Position numbers and translations under genes: made by a program | The notes under the pieces: generated by a model | Seen by the model: only the letters and a program-made list of their open reading frames with translations | Database searches by the model: none | Told to the model about the DNA's origin: nothing | DNA from: the human T2T-CHM13v2.0 reference genome, Homo sapiens | Assembly: GCF_009914755.1 (NCBI RefSeq) | Contig: NC_060935.1 | Length of the DNA: 64,000 nt | Direction: 5' to 3' (one strand) | In this document: positions 24,855-37,431 of the stretch, in pieces | Layout: each line of letters starts with the position of its first letter | Numbering within the stretch: the first letter of the stretch is position 1

Positions 24855-26084
24855 TTTATAGGTCATGTCACACAGCTTAGACTTTGTCATTGAGTGACGG
24901 GGAATCATTGAGAACTTTTCAGCAAAAAAATGACATAATGAGATTTGAGTTTTAAAAGATTATTTTAAATAATAGATCCATGTATATTGGATTTTAAAAA
25001 AAGGAGTTAGATACAGGGAAAGCTCTATCTTCTTGATGCATTTATTCAAGAAATCTTGTTTGAGAGCTGCGATGTGTTGGCACTCTACAGGGGCCTCTAA
25101 CACGAACAAAACCAGAACTGATTCCCGCCTTCAAGAGTTTATAGTGTGATGGAAAAGACTGTGAACAATTAAATAACACACAAATAATTATAGAATTGCA
25201 AATGTGGCAATGCTATGGAAGAGTGGTAACTGGTGCTATAAGAACATATGATGGGGGATAAAGAGGGCAGAAGTGACTGAAGACAGAAGGAACGAATATT
25301 CTGGAAAGAGAAAGAAGGTATGCAAAGATCCTGTGACAAAAGGTATGCAAGGCCTGACAACACAGAAATAAATGGGAGTAATTTGTGGGCAGCAAAAATT
25401 TCTTTATATAGTAACAGATCAGATGCTGTGTGCTAATGTGGTCCTCCACAAGAAGAATAGTATAGTATGCAGTGAGCCTCACGCTGAGCCCCTCTGACCT
25501 AACGTGTTCCTCACTGACTGGCTAAATTAACAACACAACCTCTTTGCCTCCTAGGTGGAATTAGGAAGCAAGTGGATAGCAATGTCTATCCTCCTCTGGG
25601 TTTATCTTGTATATACACTTCACACGGTTTTTTGCTGAGCCAGTAGTAAACTGATGTTTAACCACCATCAACAAAAAAAACACAAGACTGATTCATCACC
25701 TATTTCAGTCTTCAAACCCAGATCTGCCTTTATTGAGCAGGCTGGCACAGGAGAGAGCACAGCCAGCTGGAGGGACTGGAAGGCCACTGTGGCTGTGATG
25801 GGCAAAGCAGTGGGGTTTGAGAGGGAGTGTGAAGCAAGACCAGTCCAGATATACACACAGGGGCCACAGCATAGCTTTGCATGCTATGTTAAGCAATTGT
25901 GTTTACATCTGAAGAACAATGGGAAGCCAATGATGACCTTTTGGATCTTCAGTCAAAACGACTGCTCTAGAAAGAAGAGCTAAGTGATGGGTAAGAGTGG
26001 ATGCTGCCATACCAGTAAAGAGGGTATTGCAGAGGTCCAAGCCAGAAATGATGGTAGCTTTGCTTAGGGTGATGAAATAGAGAC

Positions 26085-26422
26085 ATTTGGTACTCACCAA
26101 ATATCCAGTTGTTCCTATGCATTTCCCAGCGTCCCTTGGAATTAAACTGGTTCATGTGAGTAGTTCTAGCCAGTGGCATAGGAGCAGTATTGATGTGTGT
26201 CACTTCTGGGTAGAGACAATAGGTGAGTTGGCTCTGTCTCTCTCTTCCCTTGCTGTAGTGACACTGGGGATCCTGACTCCCAGAGGGCAGAACTCCAAGA
26301 TGGAGGAGGGATGCTTGATGTGTATTGAGTTGTGATGAAAGATAAATAAATTTTTGTTAAGACTGTGAGATTTGGGGCTTACTTGTTACGAAAGCATAAA
26401 ATAGCCCTTTTTGGGTAATATA
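26085..26422 (+). mobile_element. MaLR LTR (MLT1H/I/J-like)
   Basis: CATTTCCCAGCGTCCCTTG, AGTTCTAGCCAGTGG, GATGTGTGTCACTTCTGGG, GAGATTTGGGGCTTACTTGTTAC. Confidence 0.7.
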
Positions 26423-27051
26423 GGTTGTAGATGGTGGAGATAGACAGAAGTGGGTGGATTTGACTGAGAGATGTTTTTGAAGCAATTCAACAGTCCTTGG
26501 ATATAAATTTGAGATGGAGTTGTGAGGAAAAGGGAGGTGTGAAGGACTCCTCAGTTTCTGGGTGCATGTTTAAGAGGACGGCGGCATCAGTCACTGAGAT
26601 GGAGGACAATCAAGTTTCTAAAGATAGAACAGATGGGCTCACATATCTCCAGAAGGAACATGGAACAGTGAGAAGTGGGTTTTGACCCCAAGTAAAAAAA
26701 AATGGGTAGGTTTTCAGTAAATACTTATGACTAATATCTGCTGCTATCTAGCTGTGATTTTAGATAATTTGCTTCATTTAACTGGATCTTTGTTGGTTAA
26801 ATGAATACAAAGAGATAAGAACCTATGTCTACATCAGGGCTTATTTAATTCTGAAGCTCAAATTATGTTAACTCAGTAACATCTGGCCACAAAGCTAGGA
26901 CTGTTTGTTGGTACTAGACAACCCCAAGAGTATGACTACTGATGCACAACCTATTGTCGTGAATTCTTAGAAGTAAATGAAAAGGGGAATTTTGTTGAAT
27001 GAAGATAAAACAAGTTGTATTCTTAACCAAGATTTCTCCCAATTTGAGAAC

Positions 27052-27554
27052 TGTATTAGTTATCAGTTGCTGCATAAAAAATTACTCCAAAATTTAGTAA
27101 CTTAAAACAACAAACATTTATTATTTCAGTTTCTATGGGATAGGAATCCAGCTGTGGCTTAGCTGGATGCCTCTGTCTCAACGTCTCTCATGTGGTTGCT
27201 GTTAAGCTCTTGTCTGGGGCTATGATCTCAACTGGAGAAGCATTTGCTTCAAAGTTTACTCATCTGGTTGTTGGCAGCCTCAGGAGATTTGCTTCCAAGT
27301 TCACGTACGTGGACCTTTCCACAGGGCTGCCTCAGCATGGTAGCTGGCTTTCCCCAGAGTGAGCAAAGAAAGTAGGAGCACTTAAGACAGAAGTCACAGC
27401 ATCTGTATAAACCCATCTTGGAAGTCACTATTTTGCCATAATCTTATTTACTTCTTCTGTATTTTCTTTATTAGAAGTGAGTCAGTAAATCCAAGAGGAG
27501 GGGATCATACAAAAGCTTGAATATCAGGAGGTGATATTAAGAAGCTACCTACCA
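27052..27554 (-). mobile_element. MaLR solo LTR (MLT1F/G-like)
   Basis: TGTATTAGTTATCAGTTGCTGCATAA..CTTAAAACAACAAACATTTATTAT..GGCTTAGCTGG..GCTACCTACCA. Confidence 0.8.
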
Positions 27555-27984
27555 TTCTGGTGACTTGGTTTATACAGGGGAAAGGATTTATGGTTCTATT
27601 TGGACAGAGAGAAGTGCTGTTGTTTTCCTTTCATCAACCACCTATAAGCCAACAAAATCATGGCATTTGCTGCCACTGGGATGAATTATGTAAATTCTTG
27701 GCTCATTGACATTTTGTTTACTTTCTCTTGGGCTAAGCTCTCCAGAGACTGGATGAATAGAATTTCCCTACCAAAACACAGGGGTTCACATGCCACAATT
27801 TACCATGTTTCTAGAGCGCTTTCTTTGATGTTGCCAGATCTGTGGTACCTTAAGTCTTATCCTGGGGCTTGGCCTCTCATGGTTCTGTGGAATCCCAGGC
27901 TTTTGCTCCTGGTTAAAGAATGGGGTAGGTCAGAAGCCTTCCCTTTTAATTAACTAATTTTTGGGCTGACCCAGGGACATTTGT

Positions 27985-28110
27985 CCCTTCCCTCCTCCCT
28001 CCCTCCCTCCCTCTCTTCCTTCCTTCCTTCCTTTCTTCCTTCCTTCCCTCCTTCTCTCCTTCTTTCCTTCTTCCTTTCTCTCTCCCTCTCTTTCTTTCTT
28101 TTTATTTTTT
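27985..28110. repeat. (CCCT)n/(CCTT)n polypyrimidine microsatellite
   Basis: CCTCCCTCCCTCCCTCCCTCTCTTCCTTCCTTCCTTCC... Confidence 0.9.
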
Positions 28111-28154
28111 AAAAATCTGCTACAACCCATCTTTGGCTCTTTTTTGTGATATAA

Positions 28155-28400
28155 TACAGTAAGTGATTATAAGCATTTGGATTCTAAAACGTAATAACCT
28201 AGAGAAGAGTCTCAGTTCTGCCGCTTAGCTGTGTAATCTTAGCTGAAGCTTTCTGCAACATAGTTTTCTGATTTACAAAATGAGAAAACCACCAATGCTT
28301 ACCACATAGGATCATTATGAAGAGCCAGTTAAAGCATGAAAAGCACTTACAGCACTTGATAAACAAAAGGTACTCAAAAATGTTCAGCATTATTAGTGTT
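28155..28400 (+). mobile_element. MIR, near full length
   Basis: TTAGCTGTGTAATCTTAG, TTTACAAAATGAG, AAAAGCACTTACAGCA, GGTACTCAAAAATGTT. Confidence 0.7.
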
Positions 28401-29009
28401 CTAACTCTTCATGTCCCAAAGGTGCTTGCTGTGTCTGAAATGCCATATATCACTGCAGACAAAGCTATGAGAGGATAGAGCAAAGGCAATGATTCTTCCT
28501 TCTTTATTACATCCTGTTTGCCACCATAACCCACACACTTTGCCATTTTTTCCCTGCCCCTTTCTACTCCTTCTCCTTTTTCTTCTTTCTTTTTTTCCCC
28601 CTACTTGTGATTTTCTTTGATTGTATGGCATAGAATTAGGATTTGAATATTTCTTCATGTTGGATATATGAAAGGATATGAGAAGGATGTATGTGTGTGC
28701 GTAACGTGTGAAGAGATAAATTGCCCTTTTCTTCCATCTCTGCCTGATAAAATCCTCTCTTTTAAGTCCCATTTTAAATAGCAACATTTCTAAATAAAAA
28801 AAAAAAAAATCATCTAAACCCTCAACATGTGACCAGCAACCTCTCCCTTTCTACCAACAAACTAATTGTATTTTCCTTGAGGCGTTTGACACACTACCTT
28901 CAAGTTTTAGAGCCAGTGGAAAGCAGTTATTGTTTTCAGTATAGCAAAAGACCCGCACACTCTGATTTCTCAAATCACATACCAATCCTATTTAGAAAAA
29001 GAAGCCCTT

Positions 29010-29345
29010 GGCCGGGCATGGTGGCCCACTCCTGTAATTCCAGCACTTTGGGAGGCCGAGGCCAGCAGATCACCTGAGGTCAGGAGTTTGAGACCAGCCT
29101 GGCCAACAAGGAGAAACCCTGTCTCCACTAAAAATACAAAAATTAGCCATGCGTGGTAATTTTTGTAATTAACAGGCATGGGCCCTTGTAATCCCAGCTA
29201 CTAGGGAGGCTGAGGCAGGGAGAATTGCTTGAACCCAGGAGGCAGAGGTTGCAGTGAGTCTAGATCATGCCATTGCACTCTAGCCTGGGCAACAGAGTGA
29301 GCCTCTGTCTCAAAAAAAAACAAAAAACAAAAGAAAGAAAGAAAG
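29010..29345 (+). mobile_element. AluSx-like with an internal foldback insertion at ~29157-29180
   Basis: GGCCGGGCATGGTGG..GATCACCTGAGGTCAGGAGTTTGAGACCAGCCTGGCCAAC; A/GAAA tail; TSD-like AAAAGAAGC on both sides. Confidence 0.95.
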
Positions 29346-29914
29346 AAAAGAAGCTCTCATTGTAAAACTTGCTTTCCCAATAAATTAGTAATTCTTCAGC
29401 CACCTTGATGAGCCAGAGGGAAAATCCCCTAAATGTCACTACTCGGATGAGGAATGTGATCCCCTGGGGGCTGTGTGGTAGGGCCTCAAATCGAGGCCAG
29501 GGTACATTTCCTGCTCAAGGCCCAGCCTCCTGAAATTCCTGAACACATCTATTTCCAAAATTAGAGAGGACACCTCACAGAACAGCTTGGCAGCTTGTAA
29601 AGAAAGGGATGAATGCTTCCCAAGGAGGAATTTCTGGGACACCAAGCAACAGAATAGAAGAAAATAGGACAAACAGAATAGTCCAATCAAACTGAAAGTT
29701 CAGTTCCCTCTAGCCTGAAGGCACCTTATATAAAAAATGTTATTTATAAAAACATGTGAAACAAGCAGTAAATAAAATCAATGACTTTGACATATTGAAG
29801 AGAGTCTAACCCTCACCACAAGGATTTTACAAACATGATTAGTAAATTTACCATAATTTTTAAACCATAAAATTTAATGTTCCTTCTACTTCAGGTTTCT
29901 ACCAAGCTCTGCGG

Positions 29915-30342
29915 TAGTGGACACTATGGTGTCACCAAGCTTCCTTCTTCAGGATGGCACTGTCCCCTCAGCTGTCAGGAGTGCTGCCTGCTGACTAGTC
30001 ACAGCTGAGTGAGGAATTACCCTTAATACAATGGAGATGCCTCACCTGGATGCATAAAGTTATGCACTTTCCCTGTGGGCAGCTTGCACCCAATGGCCAG
30101 TTGACGTTGGGGGAGGGGGGTACAAAGGACTGCCAGCTGGGCTCAATTCAGTCATTCTAAAGGGTCATCCCTGCTCTAAAGCACCCTGAGGGTAGAGCTG
30201 AAGCTTTTGCTGCAACTGAATTGCAGTTCAACTTCTCCCTCTACCTGTTCCTGCTGCACTTCCTCCCTCAAAGGCACTGTTAAAGCTCCTGCATGCAAAT
30301 CTCTGCCTCACAGTCTGTTTCCCAGGGAACCCAATCCAAATC
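29915..30342 (+). mobile_element. ERVL solo LTR, LTR16-like
   Basis: CACAGCTGAG, AAGGGTCATCCCTGCTC, GCAGTTCAACTTCTCCCTCT, CCTGCATGCAAATCTCTGCCTCACAGTCTGTTTCCCAGGGAACCCAA. Confidence 0.75.
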
Positions 30343-30399
30343 CCGCCATTTTATCTGATATAATAGTTAATAAAGAAATTTACAATGTCTCCCAAACCT

Positions 30400-30650
30400 G
30401 TGCTGACATCTTTCATTCATTATTTCTTTTAATCTGCATGACAACCCCATAAGTAGTATTTTTGTTCCCATTTTATAGTTGAGGAAATTGAGACTCAGAA
30501 AAGTTAAATAATTGCTCAGTGTGGCCTAGCTACTAAGCAGTAGAATCACACCTCAAACCTAAGTGAGGATTACATGAGATCACATCTTCAAATGTGATGG
30601 TGCCTGGCGCAAGGTTAAGTGTTTAGTAAACGGTAACAGCCTTATTATTA
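30400..30650. mobile_element. Two MIR fragments in opposite orientation
   Basis: CCCATTTTATAGTTGAGGAAATTGAGACTCAGAAAAGTTAA (-); GTGAGGATTACATGAGAT..GTGCCTGGC (+). Confidence 0.65.
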
Positions 30651-32203
30651 TCAGGCAGGTCTAACCAGAGATTTTCACAATCTGGGCCATTTATCAAGAG
30701 TTAGAACATATAAACACATTTCAATAGACCAACCCACATAACATATAAATCCAAATCCCAGAGGTTATCTTAGAATGTTATGAGAAATGAGTAGGCAATG
30801 GCCAAAAGAGATGATTACATTATGAGTGACAATAAAGCCAGCTGTTTATCTTGTCACAGAGGCATGTAGGTTGCTTAGGCAATAAACAGATTGATGCTGG
30901 AGATGTAATATCTTGAAAAGCAGCTAGGCTTTAAAATACAAGCTGATTCACTGAGTAACATTCTCCCTAGACCCTCACACAGAGTTTTGCATTGAGTATT
31001 GCTTCAATCAATGTTTGTTAAGTGCTTGCATCTGGTTGCTGGCAAAATTCACTTGCCCAGTTCAGAAGCAAATAATAAATATTTCTGTTAATTATAATGA
31101 ATATTGTATAAGCATCAATATTGTGCTCAGTGCTTTATTTATTTCATGCAGAATTGAGGACTATACTATATTCAGAAGCTCAATTTGAGCCTTTCTTATT
31201 GAATTTTAACAAAATAATGAGTCCATATTTAAATTGATGCTGCTGATGTGAGAAGACTATATTTCATACCGGATTTAGTGAAGTGACTAATGGATTCCCC
31301 ATAGCTGGGAGTCTACCCTCTCATCATCTTGACGGATATAGTCATATACACTTGAAACAACTACCAGTGCCTAGGTGGCAGGTCCAGAGCAAGGCTGCCT
31401 GACAGGTTTCTCAATGTGACTAGGTGAAACCAGTTTAATTTCCTCTGGTTCTGTTGATGTCTTCTGGACATCAACAGAGTTAGTCCAGGCAAATCAAGCT
31501 GCTTACTGAGTTCCTTACCTTAGTGCCGATCACCTTCTTCTCTTGGGAGGGAGAGAACCAAGAAGAAGCTATGATCCCAAGTGCTCCAACAGCTTAGGTA
31601 ATTTGTCTGGGAAACAACTAGAAAATATTGGATTGTCATGAGTACATTTTGTGACAGAGATGATAAGAGTTTATAGTAATTCAGAGACGAGAGAGGATAA
31701 TTTGGGATAGGGGCATCTGGAGGAGGTTCTTGTGATGCCTCCATCACCTCAAGGATTTACTTACTTTTTTCCACAAGGTTTGATGAAGCACTTTCTATTT
31801 CCCAGAACCTGTGCTCATTAAAGAGGAGTCTGACAATAAACATAGTCTCTGCTTATAGTGGCTCACAGTTTAGGGCAGAAAGATAGATGAAAAGGAAATT
31901 ACAACTGTAGTAATGTGGTTAAATGGTAAAATAGAGGTATGAACAAGATGCCCAGAAAGCACAGAAGAGGAAGCACTTCACTCGGCCTCCAGGGGCCAGG
32001 AAGATTTCTAGTAAAAGGTGATACCTGAGCAGAGGCTCAAAAAATGAGTAGGCATTCAACAGATCAACAAAATAGAAAGGGCATTCTAGGTAGAACAAAT
32101 AGCATGTACCATGTAATGCAAGTTTTTTAAAAAAGGAGAGAATATTGGGCAAACTACAGGGAATTTAGTGCTGTCTGTGTAGGTGGTATGGGGCATTGCA
32201 TAG

Positions 32204-32417
32204 AGGAGGGTTTCTCAGTTTTGAAACTATTGCCATTTGGGGCTAGACATTTTTGTGAGGATGAGGGCTATCCTGTGTGTGGTAGGATGTTTAGCGGCAT
32301 CCCAGACCTCCACCCACTAGATGCCAGTAGTATCCTTCCCCTTCCTACCCCTATATTTGTGACAACCAAAAATGTCTCCAAACTGAGGGACAAATTGCCC
32401 ACAGTTGAGAACCACTG
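32204..32417. mobile_element. MER20 (hAT-Charlie)
   Basis: GTAGGATGTTTAGCGGCATCCCAGACCTCCACCCACTAGATGCCAGTAG, TGTGACAACCAAAAATGTCTCCA, GTTGAGAACCACTG. Confidence 0.9.
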
Positions 32418-32770
32418 GAATAGAGCAGGATGAGATGGAAAGGGGGACGTCAGATACACCATGGGGGAATAGGTGCACCATGCTAAAGAGTTTAGACTTG
32501 TATTGATTCATCCAACTATTCATTCACTCAACAAATATTGAGTGTTAAATATATACCAGCCAGTGTTGTGGGTGCCTAGGATATAGCAGTGAACAAAACA
32601 GACAGATCTCTGGCTTTCTATGGCTTATTTTCTACTGATAAGCAATAAACAATAAACCCAATATATTAGTAGATAAAATTGTATATTTTAAGATGATAAG
32701 GCTATGGGAAAAATGGAGATAGGTTTATCATGGGAGACAGGTAGCAATTCTCAATATGGTAATCACTATT

Positions 32771-32908
32771 GGGGGAATAGTATATTTTATTTCACTAAAT
32801 AAAAGGACTTTCTAGTATATGTAATCTACAGGCAAGTAATTACAGATTCACATATTATTAGAAAATCCAGTCTTTTCTATTTAATATGGATTGGGCTACT
32901 CACCCCTG
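32771..32908. repeat. Degenerate ~140-bp foldback, putative ancient MITE
   Basis: TAAATAAAAGGACTTTCTAGTATATGTAATCT pairs imperfectly with AGATTCACATATTATTAGAAAATCCAGTCTTTTCTATTTA. Confidence 0.5.
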
Positions 32909-33379
32909 TTACGGTTCATGAGGAGAGAACAAATTTCAAATGGCTCATTCATTAATTCATTAGTTCAACTTTTAAGAAGAAGCCGCAACCACTGTGCTAC
33001 ACACTGGAGATGGATAAAAGATAAATGTCATACAATTTCTGCCTACAAGACTCTCACAGGAGTGCTCTCATGTAAACTATGATTACAGTAATATATGACT
33101 GAGGTATAATGGATGTGTATAGAAATGCTCAGAGAACCCAGAGAAACGGTGGACACGCCTAGGGATAAGGAGAAGGCTTCACAGAGGAGCTGTCATTTGA
33201 AATGAGGCTGGAAGGATGAGGAAAAGTTTGCCTGGAAAAGAAATATCAAAAGAGGATTCCAGGCCAAAGTGTGTAGACATGAGAAATTATAGCCATAGGT
33301 ATAAAAACTCTGAGATCAGTTTAAATCTGATCTTTCTTTAGTCTCATGATATCTGAGTTGTTTTCTTTATCCTTCCTGG

Positions 33380-33505
33380 TTCCCAGATCTGCAATTTCTT
33401 GGGTCTAGTTGCATCAGTTTCTTACCTGTAAAATGAAGGGTTGGATGAGATGATCTCTAAAGTTCCTTTCAGCTGGAATATTCTATGATCCTATGATCCC
33501 ATGAT
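33380..33505 (+). mobile_element. MIR3-like SINE 3' part
   Basis: CTGTAAAATGAAGGGTTGGATGAGATGATCTCTAAAGTTCCTTTCAGCT followed by (CTATGAT)n tail. Confidence 0.75.
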
Positions 33506-35193
33506 TTTATTCTTGTTCCCACTTTTTCAGAGGTTAATTCCTACTGTTTCCAAATCATTCTTTGTCTCCTTTTGTACTTTCTTTTTTCATTTATCTTAGA
33601 CAAATTCTCTCATTCACTGTCCTTACCACATCAAAACAACATCAAACTGTTTTTTGCCTATTGTTTTCTTTTCATATTGCCTGTCTCTAAGAGATTATTT
33701 GCCCAATGCATATTTATGTTTAGGGCATTAATATTTAGGTGAATACTTTCCAAAGGCCAAAAGGGAGTAAGAGTAAGTACACCTCTGCTAGGGATTTTTG
33801 GCAGAGCCGAATTATCAACTAATTGAATATTTATTTAGCCTTTCCCATGAGCCAGCAGTATGCGTGGCACAGAAAAGTTTATAGGTAAGGGCAAAAAAGA
33901 ATACCTTCCATTAAGGCGTCATAGCCCTGTAGGGGAGGAAGGTAAATACATGATAAATATAATGCAAAAAGAATCAATTATAACTAATTTAATGCAAAAG
34001 ATAACTTGGAGTATAAGATGCAAAGAAATGTGCATAAAGTAAATTATTTGAATTGTGCAGTAAAAGCATAATCAATTTTTATTAGATAACTGACAATCAT
34101 GGGTTCTTTGATAGGTGAAAGACAGAGGTACAGTTCTCTCAAACTTCTCTGCTCAAAGAAATGAAAAGGAAAACAAAACAAAACAAAATGCTAGGAGTAG
34201 AAACTACCTGACCTTTTAAAAAAGGTTCTGGAAAGAGGATGAATGTAAGAACAATAGTGACAATACCCTGTTACATGCCTATCATAAGATTTAACCAAGC
34301 ATTTTCACATAGTCTGTTCTATACCTCAGTCAATGACATCACTACCTCCAAGTTACAGGCTGCTGGATTCTATGAAGGATTATCTCTTGAACTAGCTCTT
34401 ATTTTCCATTTCTAGTGCCTTAAGTTTACATGTTCTCTACTTCCTAGATTTTTGCAAAAGCTGGTCTGGTCTGCCTGCTTCTGCTCCATCAACCACTCTG
34501 CTTCAAAGAGAGCTTTCTGGACTGCCTATCTGACTTCAGTACTTTGCTACTGAGGAATAATTTGGCCTCTCAATGCCTGAAGAAGAAAAGTTGAAACTCT
34601 TTAGCATGACAACCAAGACACTCTATAGTTTGACTTTCACCTGCGCACTGGTCTTGAAACTCCTTCGTTTGCCTGTGTTTAAATCATGATTTATCCCATT
34701 TTCTCAGAATGATCTCTTCCCTTGTACCACTAAGTCTTTGTTAACTCAGTTCCCTTTTTTGGGATGGTCCCTCACCTTCATTTCTACTCGCCAGTCTTGC
34801 CCCCCTCATTGTAAGGAGCCAGGACTACTACACAGAACCCCAGAGTAGGGGCTGCTGGCTTCAGAGAATAACTGGAACCAGAAAGTAAAAAGTCAAGGGG
34901 GTTTTCTCTGTGTGAGCTTCTCAGGTCAGACTTTCTGGGTACAAAGCCCAGGCTTTTAACAAGAATGCTCTAATATCTTCACAAGTGTGTGAGAAATTCA
35001 CTTAAATTGATGGGGTTCTGCTCTCGGTATAAAGAGGGACTTAGGCTCTGATAAACAAAGAACATTATTAAAAACTTTAATTGAAATCAACTAAAAGTTT
35101 TAGATTCCAAACAGTGCACATGAAACAAGTGGGTTGCGATGAAGCACTGAGTTATTCCGGGGAGCTGTGACACTCCTTAGAAGACTCAGGAAC

Positions 35194-35519
<326 letters not shown>

Positions 35520-35754
35520 TTAGTAGATAGTTCAGCAGGTTTCCAACTCCAAGAAGAAACTCAGGAGAGCTTTGCTAGGGGCTGCAATGTGATGCAATAT
35601 AAGTAGTAGTTGAAGTTAAGGAAAAGCAGATTGGTATTTATATTTTTAATTCCTGTTCTATAGTATATTTCTTGTTGATTCCAGCATGTATAATATGTTA
35701 TTAAATATTTATGCTGTAATTCCAACACACTAAATTTTCTGCATTCATCGACAG

Positions 35755-36190
35755 GCAACAGAGTAGAATAGTTGAGAACGTGGGCTCTGAGTTGGAATCT
35801 CAGCTCTGCCATTTACTAGCTGTATGACCTTGGGCAAGTAATTTAAACTCACTGTTCTTCAATGTTCTCATTTGTAAAATATAGATAATATTGGTTCCTA
35901 ACTCATACAATTATTATGAGAGTTAAATGAACTATTCAAAGCACTTAGAATAGTGCTTAGGACAATATAAGCACTTTACAAATATTGGCTATTAATATTG
36001 CTATATACATTTAGATGTCACTTGATTTAATCCTCATAACAATATTCCAACATGGGAAGAAGATGATGATGACAATGATCATTATTGCCATTTTATAAAT
36101 GGGAATATGGAGACTAATATTGTAAACTGACTTTTTCAGCTAGGACTTGAAGGAGCTGGGATATCAATCCACATCTTCCAAATCAAGGTC
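35755..36190. mobile_element. MIR (+, ~35755-36000, near full length) and MIR (-, ~36010-36190)
   Basis: CAGCTCTGCCATTTACTAGCTGTATGACCTTGGGCAAGT; TTTAATCCTCATAACAA..CCATTTTATAAATG. Confidence 0.8.
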
Positions 36191-36765
36191 TAGAAATTTT
36201 ATAATTGCATTTAACAGAAAAATTCCTGTTGTCTGTATCATAAGGTAGAGTCAACAAGGTTCCTAAAAAACAGCAAGTCCAGGCTTCCTCTGTCCAACCC
36301 AAGATCCCACTCTTCCCCGAGAGTAAGGTGAGGGACTTCAGTACCTAGCAGTAATTAACTCAAACCCAAACTCATGAAGAAACTATAAATCTTAAATGGC
36401 TGGATGTTGATCAACATTATCACTTTTTCTGAAACTTGGTTGGTTCTGAATGTGTTGGGTAGCATTTACAAAGAAAGAATATAATTTTTCTTTGAAGCAT
36501 ATAAATTAGTCTTGTTCAGTGCAGAGGTATAAGATTTGGAAAAATGAGGTTTTTTTTTCCTTTCCATGGAAATAGAAATCTGGTTTGTTGAATGAGTCAT
36601 AAAATGATTGTAAACAAAGCAACATTCATTTAGTCATTCATCCATTCATCCAATATTTATTGATCACATATATGCCAGGCACTGTATGTAAGACACACTA
36701 TCTATTCTTTAAGAATAGATTCTGCTTAAGGAACTGCTGAACCCAGAACAGAGTCATTCCATCTT

Positions 36766-36882
36766 GGAAATGTCCAAGCAAATGTAGTACTCACTCCCCT
36801 GTTAAAACCTGAAAGCAATGACAAAGCTCCTCTAGCTTACACTCAGCCAGTCTCTCACTGACCTGGGTCAGCCTGTCCTTCC
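36766..36882 (+). repeat. Copy 1 of 117-bp dispersed direct duplication (partner 38585-38701)
   Basis: Ungapped manual alignment, 13 mismatches in 117 nt. Confidence 0.95.
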
Positions 36883-36994
36883 AGGAAGGAAACAACCAAT
36901 AGTGCTAACATGGTGGCAAAGACAATGATAGATTGCTCCTCTCATCCTTATCATTTCCCACAATCTCTGCCCATTTTTATCCCTTAGGCCACAA

Positions 36995-37418
36995 GTGGAT
37001 GACATGGGTTACACATGTATTTCTCCCTTTCCCCAGTATGTAAATCAGTCTTTCTTCTATTGCTGATCAGAATCAATTAGCCTTGCCAGTATGAGGACTC
37101 TTCTCCTGCTGGTCCCTGGACACATGGAGTCCAAAAATATCCTGGTGATGAAGTCTGTATACAATGAGACCCTTGTTGTATCTGCTTGTAAGAGTGTGCT
37201 CACTTTGGGACCCAGGATCTTCAACCCTGCAGATCCCAAAGTTACAGGAATGGGGAAAATAAAATTTCCAAGTGGATTAAAGGGAATGATTATAGGTGAA
37301 TCACTTTTGATTCCACTCCTTGATTCCCAGGTTTATGTCTCTTCCTACTAGGAATACAGCATCATGCAGAGATTTTAAACTTAATGCATAGACTGCATCC
37401 TGAAGGATAGTGCCCACT
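36995..37418 (-). pseudogene. ERVL internal remnant: integrase C-terminus and dUTPase, disrupted
   Basis: GTILQDAVYAL resembles ERV-L integrase (recalled GKVLQKAVYALN). SAGLKILGPK..LQADTT..VLILARLIDSD resembles ERV-L dUTPase (recalled SAGLEVLVPE..PGDTT..VTVLAGVIDPD). Confidence 0.75.
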
Positions 37419-37431
37419 CTGGTACCACTTA

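Larger units (their letters stand above)
24265..26620 (-). mobile_element. L2 fragments hosting a MITE and an MLT1 LTR
   Basis: ATTCATTCAATCAGTAATTACTG; TGAGTGACGGGGAATCATTGAGAACTTTTCAGCA; GAACAATGGGAAGCCAATG; GGAGGTGTGAAGGACTCC. Confidence 0.6.
31775..33300 (-). mobile_element. Several L2 fragments hosting MER20 and a foldback element
   Basis: ATTCATTCACTCAACAAATATTGAG, GGATATAGCAGTGAACAAAACAGACA, GGAGAAGGCTTCACAGAGGAG, GGCTGGAAGGATGAGG. Confidence 0.65.

Noticed and set aside
31520-31545. 23-nt minus-strand microexon (ctctccctcccaag|...AAG|gtaagg)
   Set aside because: Not frame-preserving, AAG acceptor, and the surroundings may be an old repeat.
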